A DNA stretch of 64,000 nt, taken from the NCBI GenBank assembly GCA_030704615.1, contig CM060731.1, positions 58,404,001 through 58,468,000 on the forward strand, written 5' to 3'. Position numbers and translations under genes: made by a program. Source of the stretch: Takakia lepidozioides. Its lineage: Eukaryota; Plantae; Bryophyta. Shown one piece after another: positions 36,098 to 49,800 of this stretch. The notes beneath the pieces were generated by a model that was not told where the DNA came from, made no database searches, and saw nothing but the letters and a program-made list of their open reading frames with translations. How positions within the stretch are numbered: the first letter of the stretch is position 1; each line of letters starts with the position of its first letter.

Positions 36098-39000
36098 TTA
36101 CTGATTTCGACTAGCAAACCTTTGTGAGTGAGCACCTTCTTGACGTTGAGAGTTTCGTGGCGGACTGTGTGTACAAGCCCGAGGTCTGTCTCTGGTTGAC
36201 GGAGATGGTTGATCACTACCTAGATAAGTGAGGCCCTCTGGAGGCTGATATGGAGGTAACCTTTCCGGCATAGGAGACCCCCTTCGCTTCTTCTCTGCCA
36301 TCTGAACTGCATAGTCTTCTCCCATGTCTAAAGAATTCGGTGAAGAAACAGTTGTATCAGAATCCTCATCGCCTCTCAGGTGTTTTAATTTTCGAACTTT
36401 TTGTGGAATCATCTGGGGCATACAATGCTGTCCTACCATGTCTGGAAGTTTGTATTTTACAACTTGGTGTAACCGCTGAACAGCAAAATTGGTGTAGACA
36501 CTGAGCTCCTTGTCTGTCCAGGTGAGTGGGGTACCAATTACTGGTGCAGCGTGCAAGTACTTCCATGCCACATGTCCCTTATAGAAAATGTCATCAATGC
36601 CGAATTTCTGTGTTGACAAATGGTTGCAGGCCGCTTGAAACCATGAACGAATTTGAGAATCCTTTTGCATCATAACTTTTGGGTCATATAGGTACATATG
36701 AGGTGGCACCGAAGGTAATACCCAATGATCTCCACTGGAATAACTCAGAAAGCGTGTTTGCATCTTTTGTTGCTCAATGTGGTAACGTACCAGGAAACAA
36801 GCAGCGTAGTATAACCCGCACCCCATGACAATACTTGCTATCTCCTTGGTCTTGGTATAAATGAGTCCATGTACAACCTGGAAAGCAATCAATTCCCTCA
36901 ACATGGTACCTGCTTCATGCCAGTATTGTGCAAAGTGATGATCTTCAATATGTCGATTGTTTGGAAGAACTTTAGTCCTAGTTGCCACTGGCAGCCATAT
37001 ACGCATGATTTGGTAGTAATGTGCGAATGACTGCGGAGGACTAAATTCTTTCCAAGCCAAATCCAACATGATGGGAATTTGGTTGAAGGGCATAATCATA
37101 GCCCTACTGTACTCCCTTGCAGCTGGAGTTTTAGGTGGGTTAAAAGCGGCATTGCCCCATACCTCCGGCTGTGGTGGCTGTGGTGTGATTGTAGTAACCA
37201 CAGGTTCAGCTATTGGTACAGTGACTTGTTGTGGTGGTGGTGGTACTGGCTCTTGTATCATTGGCATCTCCTGCCCCTCCTGTGAAGACTTAAAAGCCAA
37301 AGTTCTGGCTTGTAAATAAGAAGCCATTAGCTGTTCCTGAGGGATATAGACTCTTTGGTCGATGTTTGAAGTGAGGTCTTCCACTTGAGTCTGCAGTCCG
37401 TCTACATCCTCTTGTAACTCTGCTATCCTACTATAGACATTGTCTATAGTAGTTGTGGCAATGTTCTGCACCTGCAGCCTGAGCTCATTCATCTCACTTT
37501 GGGTGAGCTTCCGTGGTGCTTTGCCCTCTACTGGCCCTTGTGCTAACCAGACCTGCATAAGGCTGTTATCCACTAAGTTGCTTGTGGTTCCCCTGAGAGT
37601 TTGCTCCTCTCTTAGCTTGTACAATTCCAACTACTGTTGTAAAGCCTCCATGCGCTTCGCCTGAGGTTCAACCAATTGCGCATAAGCAACAAGTAGATTA
37701 TTGGCTTCCTTCCAAGCCTTGTTATTGACTGCGATTTCATTTTTATTGGCCATGATGGTTTGTTGCAACTCCACGATGTGCTTCTCTTGATCAGCTTCAA
37801 TCTGCCTATATTGCTTGAAAGTATCTTCATTGCGACAGATTGTATTCTTCATATCGACAATGAGCTTCATTTGCTCAACATTCTCTTCTTCTGCCTTCGT
37901 ACATTTTTCCGCTTGACTGTTTATTTCTTTTGTTGATTGGTCAAGCATAGTTGTAAATGTAGCACATTGTATCGCCATCCTGTTATGCACTGTCTGCAAC
38001 TCCGTATGTAGTGCATTCAGTTCTTGCAACTTGCTTTCATGCTGCACCTGCATTTGGTATAGCTGTTGCTTATGTGCTTCGTGCAACTGGTCTTGCGCGA
38101 GGCCTGCCGCAATCAATTGTTGCTTGGCCAATTGCAAAGCCATTTCTGTATTTCCCAAGTCCTGCTTCATCTTGAGAGTGACCTCTTCATCGACCTTGTT
38201 TGCACACTCAGTGGCAAGTCGAGCCTCAAACTCCTTCCTGAGTTCCTCTTTCAAGGCTGTCAATTGGGTAATTGGAACATGGGATTTGACATAAGTCCCC
38301 AACAAATTAAGTGTCCTGCCTATGGAACTCATCAGCATTGCCTGTTGAGGGTCATCATGGTGAGGTTGCTGCTGTTCCTCCTGATCTTCAACAGTGTGAT
38401 GTCTCACTAACCATTCAGACCATTGTCCCACCGGATTTTCTTCCTGAACTACTTCATTTATGACCGGTGCTACAGTGTCATGGCCTTCCGCCTGTGGTAC
38501 CTCCGACACAGGTGTGTGCATTATATGTACCTCAGTATTTCGCTTGGGCAACTGTTGCACCTCTGGGATTTCTGTCTGCTTGACCAGACCAGAATATTCA
38601 TAGAGAAGGTCCCCTTTCTCTATTTCTGCCACTATCTGTTCTGTAGTTGGAATATCTAACCCTTCACTTTCCAAATCAATTATTTCTGGTTGAGCTGCAT
38701 GGATAACTTGTGACCTTGTGACAAGTCGTTCAGGTGGCTGTGATGGTTGTGATGCAGAAGTAACTTCCTCCTCCCTCTCCGAAGGTCCTGCTTCCAGTAA
38801 TAGCATTTCTCTGTGCTGCTGTGCCCCTTCCTGGCCATGAGCTTGGGAAACATTATCATGCGGTATCCGTGAAGCCAGTGGATCCGCCACTACAGTCTTT
38901 CCCCTTCTCTGCCTCTTAGTCTCGGGTTGTGCTGCTAGTCCACCCTCACTGTGTGAAGAGCCTTGCTCTTCCATTGCAGTTGTTTCTGGCTCAAACACTC

Positions 39001-39863
39001 CCATTTCCTTCCTTTCTTGTGCATTAAGTATGCCAGAATTAAGGATTATTTGAGCAATGATTGGGCCAGACACAATGATAGGAGACTTTGCGGTAGTACC
39101 TTGTAATCTTTTCATCTCCTCTACTAGTGCGTTGTACATTATGTCCGCCCATTGTACCTCTTGTCCCTTCAGGCCTTTGAGTATTTCCTCTGTGAAGGAT
39201 CTGCTCAAATATTGTTGGTTCTGTTTCAGGGCAATCAGAACGTTCAATACCTGGCCTATCTCTTTTAACCCTGGGTACACAGCTTTGGTACAAGCATAAC
39301 CCTGAGTTTTAAAGAAACTCCCTTCTTGGAATAAGTCCCCTATTTGCAGTCTTGCCTGTGTTCCCCCACATGCACCTGACCTGCTGGCAATCGAAACAAT
39401 TGCTGGAGGTATAGGGGAGTAATCATTAATTCAACTCCCTTCACCGTTGTTGTTCCTGTCCTTGGCTCAAAGTTCTGCAAAAATTGTAACATGTACTGTG
39501 TATGGTGTAGTGTCCAATCTAGGCTTTGCAATCCTTGCAATCTCAGCTCCTCCAGTATCTGTATCGCCTGTGGGGTAGCAATCGTTTGTTTCTGCAGAAT
39601 TGTGGTGCTCTTCACCCTGATTTCCTCCATTCCTCTCACTCTCTTCATTTTAGACTCACAGAACTGTTTTGGATGTAACAACTGCAGGAATGCCTGTAGT
39701 GCACAAAGCATAAACGTATGGTTGTCGCAGAAAGCTATGGGTAATTTCTTGTAAGCCTGCGGGGCTTGCAAGCATCGCTCAAGAGAAAAGCTCCGCTCTG
39801 TCCTGTCGTGTCTATGCCACTGCGTAAGTAATATTGCGAGCGTATAGTCTGTTAGTTCCTCCA
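36098..39863 (-). pseudogene. Large extra 3' ORF (~1200 aa) of A1, with one frameshift (~39350) and one stop (37631)
   Basis: Colinear with the A2 copy. N-terminal VKGVELMITPLYLQQLFRLP...VQWADIMY block, acidic linker, long Gln/Glu coiled-coil-like region, aromatic-rich C-terminal domain. Confidence 0.75.
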
Positions 39864-41984
39864 TAGTTTCCAAGGTATAGCATTGATGGTCTGTCCTGTC
39901 GAGACGCCCGTTACTCAGAACGACGCCGCCTCTTGCGCTCAATTTCCCTCCATTTTCTTGATCCTTTCTCTGGTTTTCTATTGGCTGTATCCGCTGTGAC
40001 TGGATTTTAGATTTTATCTTCTTTAGTGGACTTTCCCTGTTGGATAGTCCACTAGGATCACACATGTGACAAGAATTCCGCTTTTCTGTACTTGCCGTTC
40101 GTTCCGTTTCCCTTTTTCCGTATTCATTAATGGGCCCGCCTTTCATCCCTTTTGACGGCCGTTCTTGTCCTCTTTCTTTTTGACACCTGTTCTTGCACTT
40201 CATTCTCGGCTGTGTGTCGCGCCCTAACCTCCACGTGTCTATTTTTAAAGTAATTTCCGTTTCCTCTTCCGTCAGCCATTTTCCTGAAGTTATTATGTGT
40301 CCACTTGTCACTGATTCTATGGATCGTGTAATTTTAGTAGGCTGTGTTGAGCTGTGACAGGCTGTGTCATACTGTGTTATGCTGTGATAGGCTGTGATGC
40401 ACTGTGGTAAGCTGTGATAGGCTGTGACACGCTGTGGTAGGTTGTGATAGGCTGTGTTGCGCCGTGCTGGGCTGTGATAGGCTGTGTCACGTCGTGATGG
40501 GCTGCGATAGGCTGTGTCACGTTTGTTTTGCCCACCCTGGTCATATATGCTGGGCCTAGCGACAAGTGTTCCATACTCCATTCGTAACACTGGTGCAGCC
40601 CGTGACTGCTCTTGCGGTTCAACATGCAAATCATGCTGCAGGGGTTTGTCATGGATACCACTGTACCCTTTCAACTTATTTGCATTGACTCTTCCCAACA
40701 TTTCTTTGTTAATGGTTTGTAACATGGCGGTGTTGTTATCATACATCTTTTGTATGACATAAGGTCCTTTCCACGGTGATTTAAGCTTAGAAGCTTGAAT
40801 CTTTCCTTTCTTCTGCAACCATAGAACCAAATCCCCCGTCTTAAAAGTCTTTAACTTGCCTTCATCAAACTGTTCCTTTCGCTTCATCTGAATTCTGGTC
40901 ATATTATCAGCTGTATCAGCACGTACTTCTTCCACATGGTATAATTCATGTTTCCTGACCTTGATGGAGTCTTGCAATTCCATTCTTTTTCCCCACTCCG
41001 TTCTCATGGTAGGTAACAGGAATTCCACTGGAAGTAAGGCTTCCATACCATAAACTAATTGGAATGGTGTATACTTAGTGGTGACTTTATATGAAGTCCT
41101 GTATGACCACAAAGCTGTCAGCAGCTTTGTATCCCAATCCGTTCTGTTTGCATTGACTATCTTAGCCAAGATAGTACATAATATTTTGTTGGTAGCCTCT
41201 GCCTGCCCATTACCCTGTGGGTAATATGTTGTACTCTTTCTATGCACAATCATAAACTCTTTAGTCAACAACTCAATGGTCGCATTCATGAAGTGACTTC
41301 CTTGATCACTGATAAATTCTAAGGGACAGCCAAATCGTGTAAGTATGTTCTCGTACAGGAACATTGCTGTGGACTTGGCTGTGTTGTCCCTCAAAGCTTT
41401 AGCTTCCACCCACTTTGTAGTATAATCAGTGGCTGTAATTATGTACATGTTTCCTGTATTCTTGGATGGTGGGTTAATTGGTCCAACAAAGTCTAGTCCC
41501 CATTTCTGAAATGGTTCCGTAGGCATTGTAGGATGCAAGGCCATCCTTCCTGATCTCTGCAAAGGTCCTAGCCTCTGACATTCATCACACTTCTGACAAT
41601 ACTCGTGTACATCTTTGAACAAAGTAGGCCACCAGTATCCTGCGAGTAGTATCTTTCTACTGGTAGTCTCTTCTCCAAAATGACCTCCAGCCACTCCTTT
41701 ATGAACTTCCGCCAAAACTTTATTCACTTCATGGTGGTACAAGCATCGTTTTAGTACTCCATCAGGTCCTAACTTATACATTCTGCTTCCTACCATAGTA
41801 TAAGGTAAAGCTTTGATAGCGATTCTCTTCCTCTGCTCTTTACCATAACTAGGTGGGCACTGACCATGAACAAGGTAGTATCTGATTGGCCACTGCCAAT
41901 CTAACCAGTCATCTGCACTTCCCTGCACCTCCACTGCAAAGAGACTCGCATCTGGTAATTGATCATCTATTCTTGTGGCTGGTT
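39864..41984 (-). pseudogene. A1 integrase followed by a repeat-containing spacer
   Basis: Part of ORF 39340-41934: HHCC, DDE core, WKGPY; then 30-bp repeats at 40340-40522. Confidence 0.85.
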
Positions 41985-43695
41985 TGTCGCGCGGCTTTTA
42001 CTCACCCATCCCTTCGCTATCCGAGGTGGAAACTCCAAGATAGAAGAGTTGGAAATCTCTAAGTACTTAGCCCGCGCAGAACAATCAGTCATGACCTACA
42101 GCTAGTGTATCATGGGGGTGTTTCCTATTTGTTTCCCTTTTCGCATTCATCTTAGCTACCTTATCATTGATAATTAAGTATTAGTTTGCTGCATCAATCT
42201 ATCGGTTTTCTTCACTCATCCATTCAATCCACAGCTTCTCTCAGATCTCTCTAGACAGTGTGATTGTATCTTATAAGTATCAGATTATGATTTATCAGGT
42301 ATCAGGCCGAAGCCATTATGTCTCTAATCTGCTCTCCAATATCACTACAGCTTTGCATATAACAAGCATCTACTAATCCTCTTTTCTCCTTCACCGTGCT
42401 CTCCATCTCTTGCCTCCGATCTCCGCTCCAGCCTGACTCAGAAGTCCTCCCCGAATAATGATGATCCTCCTTCATTCCCCCTTTCTCCCTTTATCCTCAT
42501 ATCCGCGGTTCTAACCGTTTCCCTCTCTAACCGTCGTCTGTGAACTAACATGTTCCCTTCACAGGCGTTGTTCCCCACAGTCGTTCCCTATTATCGTGAC
42601 AGCTGTGTCAAGCGGTGACTGGCTGTGTTTGGCTGTGTCGGGCTGTGACTGGCTGTGTGGGCTGTGTCTGCTGTGACGACTGTGACGGGCTGTGTGGGCT
42701 GTGTCTGCTGTGACAACTGTGTGGGCTGTGTCGGCTGTGACGACTGTGACGGGCTGTGACAACTGTGACAACTGTGTAACCCCCCTCTACAGTGCGCTGC
42801 TGTCACCCCTAAGGCTCCTGTTGGTCTCAGTCTGTGCAAAATTAAGGGTACCCTACAGATCTCGTATAAGTGTCTAAGTCCCCTACAGTCCTCTAACATT
42901 ACCCCTTCCCCCCTCAAAAAGCCGTGTCCTTACGGTTTACTGTTTTCGAGTAGCAAACCTTTGTGAGTGAGCACCTTGTTGACGTTGATAGTTTCGTGTG
43001 GGCTGTGTGTACGAGCCGAGGTCTGTCTCTGGTTGATGGAGATGGTTGATCACTACCTGGATAAGTGAGGCCTTCTGGAGGCTGATATCGAGGTAATCTT
43101 TCCGGCATAGGAGATCCCCTTTGTTTCTTCTCTTCCATCTGAATTGCATAGTCTTCTCCCATGTCAAAAGAATTCTGTGAAGAAACAGTTGTATCAGAAT
43201 CCTCATCGCCTCTCAGGTGTTTTAATTTTTGAACTTTTTGTGGAATCATCTGGGGCATACAATGCTGTCCTACCATGTCTGGAAGTTTTGTATTTTACAA
43301 CTTGGTGTAACCGCTGAACAGCAAAATTGGTGTAGGCACTGAGCTCCTTGTCGCGCGGCTTTTACTCACCCATCCCTTCGCTATCCGAGGCGGAAACTCC
43401 AAGATAGAAGAGTTGGAAATCTCTAAGTACTCAGCCCGCGCAGAACAATCAGTCATGACCTACAGCTAGTGTATCATGGGGGTGTTTCCTATTTGTTTCC
43501 TTTTCCGCATTCATCTTAGCTACCTTACCATTGATAATTAAGTATCAGTTTGCTTCATCAATTTATCGGTTTCCTTCACTCCTCCATTCAATCCACAGCT
43601 TCACTCAGATCTCTCTACACAGTGTGATTGTATCGTATAAGTATCAGATTATGATTTATCAGGTATCAGGCCGAAGCCATTGTGTCTCTATTCTC
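41985..43695 (-). mobile_element. Family A copy A3: 3' LTR 41985-42898, 450 bp of internal 3' end, then another LTR from 43349 into the gap
   Basis: LTR termini and PPT as in A1; the internal part matches about 36060-36510. Confidence 0.85.
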
Positions 43696-44195
43696 NNNNN
43701 NNNNNNNNNNNNNNNNNNNNNNNNNNNNNNNNNNNNNNNNNNNNNNNNNNNNNNNNNNNNNNNNNNNNNNNNNNNNNNNNNNNNNNNNNNNNNNNNNNNN
43801 NNNNNNNNNNNNNNNNNNNNNNNNNNNNNNNNNNNNNNNNNNNNNNNNNNNNNNNNNNNNNNNNNNNNNNNNNNNNNNNNNNNNNNNNNNNNNNNNNNNN
43901 NNNNNNNNNNNNNNNNNNNNNNNNNNNNNNNNNNNNNNNNNNNNNNNNNNNNNNNNNNNNNNNNNNNNNNNNNNNNNNNNNNNNNNNNNNNNNNNNNNNN
44001 NNNNNNNNNNNNNNNNNNNNNNNNNNNNNNNNNNNNNNNNNNNNNNNNNNNNNNNNNNNNNNNNNNNNNNNNNNNNNNNNNNNNNNNNNNNNNNNNNNNN
44101 NNNNNNNNNNNNNNNNNNNNNNNNNNNNNNNNNNNNNNNNNNNNNNNNNNNNNNNNNNNNNNNNNNNNNNNNNNNNNNNNNNNNNNNNNNNNNNN
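43696..44195. other. Assembly gap (500 N)
   Basis: Run of n. Confidence 1.
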
Positions 44196-44375
44196 GCATG
44201 TTATGACTTAGCCATATTTTGTCCTGGCAGAGCAAGAGCAAGTGTTCCCATGGAATTACCTGTAGGCCTGGGTAATTCCCTCCCGACATTAGTACCAGGC
44301 ACTCCCTTTTTCATCAATGCCGTAATTTGATGCCCAACAAAATTTTCAATGTTACTCCCCTGCATTCACACTACA
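44196..44375 (-). mobile_element. 5' end of a family B LTR inserted in the RNase H of A2
   Basis: Reverse complement aligns with 13693-13868 (TGTAGTGTGAATGCAGGGG...AAAATATGGCTAA). Confidence 0.85.
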
Positions 44376-46090
44376 GAACTATAGCACAACGGAAAGAGAA
44401 GCATTGACAATGATCTATGCAGTGAAGAAATTCAGGCATTACCTGTTGGGTAAGAAGTTTATGTTCTATGTGGATCACCAGGCTCTGATATACCTGGTAA
44501 ACAAACCTCTGATAAGCGGAAGAATAGCAAGATGGTTGATAATCTTGCACGAGTTTGAGTTTGAGGTTGTTTACAAACCTGGGAGACTGCATCTTGTGGC
44601 GATCACTTGTCACGGTTATCAACAGGAGAACCAGCCACAGGAATAGATGATCAATTACCAGATGCGACTCTCTTTGCAGTGGAGGTGCAGGGAAGTGCAG
44701 ATGACTGGTTAGATTGGCAGTGGCCAATCAGATACTACCTTGCTCATGGTCCGTGCCCACCTAGTTATGGTAAGGAGCAGAGGAAGAGAATCGCTATCAA
44801 AGCTTTACCTTATACTATGGTAGGAAGCAGAATGTATAAGCTAGGACCTGATGGAGTACTAAAACGATGCTTGTACCACCATGAAGTAAATAAAGTTTTG
44901 GAGGAAGTTCATAAAGGAGTGGCTGGAGGTCATTTTGGGAGAAGAGACTACCAGTAGGAAGATACTACTCGCAGGTTACTGGTGGCCTACTTTGTTCAAA
45001 GATGTACACGAGTATTGTCAGAAGTGTGATGAATGTCAGAGGCTAGGACCTTTGCAGAGATCTGGAAGGATGGCCTTGCATCCTACAATGCCTACGGAAC
45101 CATTTCAGAAATGGGGACTAGACTTTGTTGGACCGATTAACCCACCAGCCAAGAATACACGGAACAGGTACATCATTACAGCCACTGATTATACTACGAA
45201 ATGGGTGGAAGCTAAAGCTTTGAGGGACAACACAGCCAAGTCCACAGCAAGGTTCCTGTACGAGAACATACTTACACGATTTGGCTGTCCCTTAGAATTT
45301 ATCAGTGATCAGGGAAGTCACTTCATGAATGAGACCATTGAGTTGTTGACTAAAGAGTTCATGATTGTACATAGAAAGAGTACAACATATTACCCACAGG
45401 GTAATGGGCAGGCAGAGGCTACCAACAAAATACTATGCACTATCTTGGCTAAGATAGTCAATGCAAACAGAACGGATTGGGATACAAAGCTGCTGACAGC
45501 TTTGTGGTCATACAGGACTTCATATAAAGTCACCACTAAGTATACACCATTCCAATTAGTTTATGGTATGGAAGCCTTACTTCCAGTGGAATTCCTGTTA
45601 CCTACCATGAGAACGGAGTGGGAAAAAGAATGGAATTGCAAGATTCCATTAAGGTCAGGAAACATGAATTATACCATGTGGAAGAAGTACGTGCTGATGC
45701 AGCTGATAATATGACCAGAATTCAGATGAAGAGAAAGGAACAGTTTGATGAAGGCAAGTTAAAAACTTTTAAGACGGGGGATTTGGTTCTATGGTTGCAG
45801 AAAAAGGAAAGATTAAAGCTTCTAAGCTTAAATCACCATGGAAAGGACCTTATGTCATACAAAAGATGTATGATAACAACACCGCCATGTTACAAACCAT
45901 TAACAAAGAAATGCTGGGAAGAGTCAATGCCAATAAGTTAAAGGGGTACAGTGGTATCCATGACAAACCATTGCAGCATGATTTGCATGTTGAAACGCAA
46001 GAGCAGTTAAGGGCTGCACCAGTGTTACGAACGGAGTATGGAGCACTTGTCGCTAGGCCGAGCATATATGACCAGGGCGGGCAAAACAAA

Positions 46091-46372
46091 CGTGACACAG
46101 CCTATCACAGCCCATCAAGGCGAACCACAGCCTATCACAGCCCATCACGACGTGACACAGCCTATCACAGCCAATCACAACGTAACACAGCCTACCACAG
46201 CCCATCACGACGTGACACAGCCTATCACAGCCCATCACGACGTGACACAGCCTCTCACAGCCCAGCACGGCGCAACACAGCCTATCACAGCCTACCACAG
46301 CGTGTCACAGCCTATCACAACCTACCACAGCGTGTCACAGCCTATCACAGCCTGTCACAGCTCAACACAGCC
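46091..46372 (+). repeat. Tandem array of 9 x 30 bp built from 10-bp CACAGCC-type subunits
   Basis: CGTGACACAGCCTATCACAGCCCATCACGA repeated; a shorter homologous array lies at 40340-40522. Confidence 0.95.
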
Positions 46373-46833
46373 TACTAGGGTTACACGATCCATAGAATCA
46401 GTGACAGGTGGACGTATAATAACTTCAGGAAAATGGCTGACGGAAGAAAAGACGGAAACTAGTTTAAAAATAGACACGTGGAAGTCAGCGCGACACACAG
46501 CTGAGAAGGAAGTGCAAGAACAGGTGTCATAAAGAAAGAGGACAAGAACGGCCGTCAAAAGGGATGAAAGGCGGGCCCATTAATGAATACGGAAAAAGGG
46601 GAACGGAACGAATGGCAAGTACAGTAAAGCGGAATTCTTGTCACATGTGTGATCCTAGTGGAGAAAGTCCACTAAAGAAAATGAAATCTAAAATCCAGTC
46701 ACAACGGATACAGCCAATAGAAAACCAGAGAAAGAATCAAGAAAATGGAGGGAAATTGAGCGCAAGAGGCGGCGTTGTTCTGAGTAACGGGCGTCTCGAC
46801 GGGACAGACCATCAATGCTATAGCTTGGAAACT

Positions 46834-49800
46834 ATGGAGGAACTAACAGACTATATGCTCGCAATATTATTTACGCAGTGGCATAGACACGAAAGAAAAG
46901 AGCGGAGCTTTTCTCTTGAGCGATTCTTGCAAGCCCCGCAGGCTTACAAGAAATTACCCATAGCTTTCTGTGGCAACCATACGTTTATGCTTTGTGCACT
47001 ACAGGCTTTTCTGCAGTTGTTACAGCCAAAACATTTATGTGAGTCTAAAATGAAGAGAGTGAGAGGAATGGAGGAAATCAGGGTGAAGAGCACCACAATT
47101 CTGCAGAAACAAACGATTGCTACCCCACAGGCGATACAGATACTGAAGGAGCTGAGATTGCAAGGATTGCAAAGCATAGATTGGACATTACACCATAGAG
47201 AGTACATGTTACAATTTTTGCAGAACTCTGAGCCAAGGACAGGAACAACAACGGTGAAGGGAGTTGAATTAGCAATTACTCCCCTATACCTCCAGCAATT
47301 GTTTCGATTGCCAGCAGGTCAGGTGCATGTGGAGGAACACAGGGCAAGACTGCAAATAGGGGACTTATTCCAAGAAGGGAGTTTCTTTAAAACTCAGGGT
47401 TATGCTTGTACAAAGGCTGTGTACCCAGGGCTAAAGGAGGTAGGCCAGGTATTGAACGTTCTGATTGCCATGAAACAGAACCAACAGTATTTGAGCAGAT
47501 CCTTCACGGAGGAAATACTCAAAGCCCTGAAAGGACAAGAGGTAGAATGGGCGGACATAATGTACAACGCACTGGTGGAGGAGATGAAAAGATTACAAGG
47601 GACTACCGCAAAGTCTCCTATCATAGTGTCTGGCCCAATCATTGCTCAAATAATTCTTGATTCTGGCATACTTGATGCGCAAGAAAGAAAGGAGATGAGA
47701 GTGTTTGAGCCAGAAACCACTGCAATGGAAGAGCAAGGCTCTTCACACAGTGAGGGTGGACTAGCAGGGCAACCCGAGACTAAGAGGCAGAGACGGGGAA
47801 AGACTGTAATGGCGGATCCACTAGCTTCACGGATTCGCCCATGAATGTTTCCAAAGCTCATGTGCAGGAAGGGGCACATCAGCATAGAGAAATACTATTA
47901 CTGGAAGCAGGACCTTCAGAGAGGGAGGAGGAAGTTACTTCAGTATCACAACCATCACAGCCAGCTGATCGGCTTGTCACAAGGTTACAAGTTGTCCATA
48001 CAGCTCAACCAGAAATCATTGATTTGGAAAGAGAAGGGTTAGATATTCCAACTACAGAACAGATAGTGGCAGAAATTGAGAAGGGGGACCTCCTCTATGA
48101 ATATTCTGGTCTGGTCAAGGAGACAGAGATTCCAGAGGTGCAATAGTTGCCCAAGGGAAATTCTGAGGTGCATATAATACACACACCTGTGTCGGAGGTA
48201 CCACAGGCAGCAGGTCATGACACTGCAGCACCGGTGATAGATGAAGTGGTTCAGGAAGAAAATCCGGTGGGACAATGGCCTGAGTGGTTCGTGAGACATC
48301 ACACAGTTGAGGATCAGGAGGAACAATAGCAACCTCACCATGATGACCCTCAACAGGCAATGCTGATGAGTTCCATAGGCATGACACTTAATTTGTTGGG
48401 GACTTATGTCAAATCCCATGTTCCAACTACCCATTTGACAGCCTTGAGAGAGGAACTCAGGAAGGAGTTTGAGGCTTGACTAGCCACTGAGTGTGCAAAC
48501 AAGGTCGATGAAGAGGTCACTCTCAAGATGCAGCAGGACTTGGGAAATACAGAAGCGGCTTTGCAATTGGCCAAGGAACAATTGATTGAGGCAGGCCTCG
48601 CGCAAGACCAGTTGCACGAAGCACATAAGCAACAGCTATACCAAATGCAGGTGCAGCATGAAAGCAAGTTGCAAGAACTGAATGCACTACATACGGAGTT
48701 GCAGACAGTGCATGACAGAATGGCGATACAATGTGCTACATTCACAACTATGCTTGACCAATCTACAAAAGAAATAAACAGTCAAGCGGAAAAATGTACG
48801 AAGGCAGAAGAAGAGAATGTTGAGCAAATGAAGCTCATTGTTGATATGAAGAATACAATATGTCGCAATGAGGATACTTTCAAGCAATACAGGCAGATTG
48901 AAGCTGATCAAGAGAAGCACATCGTGGAGTTGCAACAAACCATCATGGCCAAAATCGCGGTCAATAACAAGGCTTGGAAGGAAGCCAATAATCTACTTGC
49001 TGCTTATGCGCATTTGGTTGAATCTCATGCGAAGCGCATGGAGGCTTTACAACAGCAGTTAGAAGTGTACAAGCTAAGAGATGAGCAAACTCTCAGGGGA
49101 ACCACAAGCAACTTGGTGGATAACCACCTTATGCAGGTCTGGTTAGCACAAGGGCCAGTGGAGGGCAAAGCACCACGAAAGCTCACCCAAAGCGAGATGA
49201 ATGAGCTCAGACTGCAAGTGCAGAACATTGCCACAACTACTATAGACAATGTCTATAGTAGGATAGCAGAGTTACAGGAGGATGTAGACGGACTGCAGAC
49301 TCAAGTGGAAGACCTCACTGCAAATATCGACAAAAGAGTCTATATCCCTCAGGAACAGCTAATGGCTTCTTATTTACAAGACAAAACTTTGGCTTTTCAG
49401 TCTTCACAGGAGGTGCAGGAGCTGCCAATGATACAAGAGCCAGTACCACCAACACCACAACAAGTCACTGTACCAGTAGCTGAACCTGTTGTTACTACAA
49501 CCACACCGCAGCCACCACAGCCTGAGGTATGGGGCAATGCCTGCTTTTAAACCCACCTAAAACTCCAGCTGCAAGGGAGTACAGTAGGGCTATGATTATG
49601 CCCTTCAATCAAATTCCCATCATGTTGGATTTGGCTTGGAAAGAATTTAGTCCTCCGCAGTCATTCGTACATTACTACCAAATCATGCGTATTTGGCTGC
49701 CAGTGGCAACTAGGACTAAAGTTCTTCCGAACAATCGACATATTGAGGATCATCACTTTGCACAGTACTGGCACGAGGCAGGTACCATGTTGAGGGAATT

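Larger units (their letters stand above)
34988..41984 (-). mobile_element. Family A element copy A1 (3' part): 3' LTR 34988-36059, PPT, extra ORF, integrase
   Basis: On minus, PPT GAGGGGGAAGGGGTAA abuts LTR start TGTTAGAGG. Integrase motifs H...H...CDEC, WGLDFVGP, SDQGSHF, NGQAEATN. Confidence 0.9.

Noticed and set aside
39340-41934. Integrase fused in frame to TAYHSPSRRD repeats and the extra ORF, as a repeat-controlled frame switch
   Set aside because: In A2 the frame stops at the array end and the spacer has a further 2-bp indel, so the read-through in A1 is probably incidental.
43531-44330. Long ORFs across the gap
   Set aside because: Artefacts of the N run.
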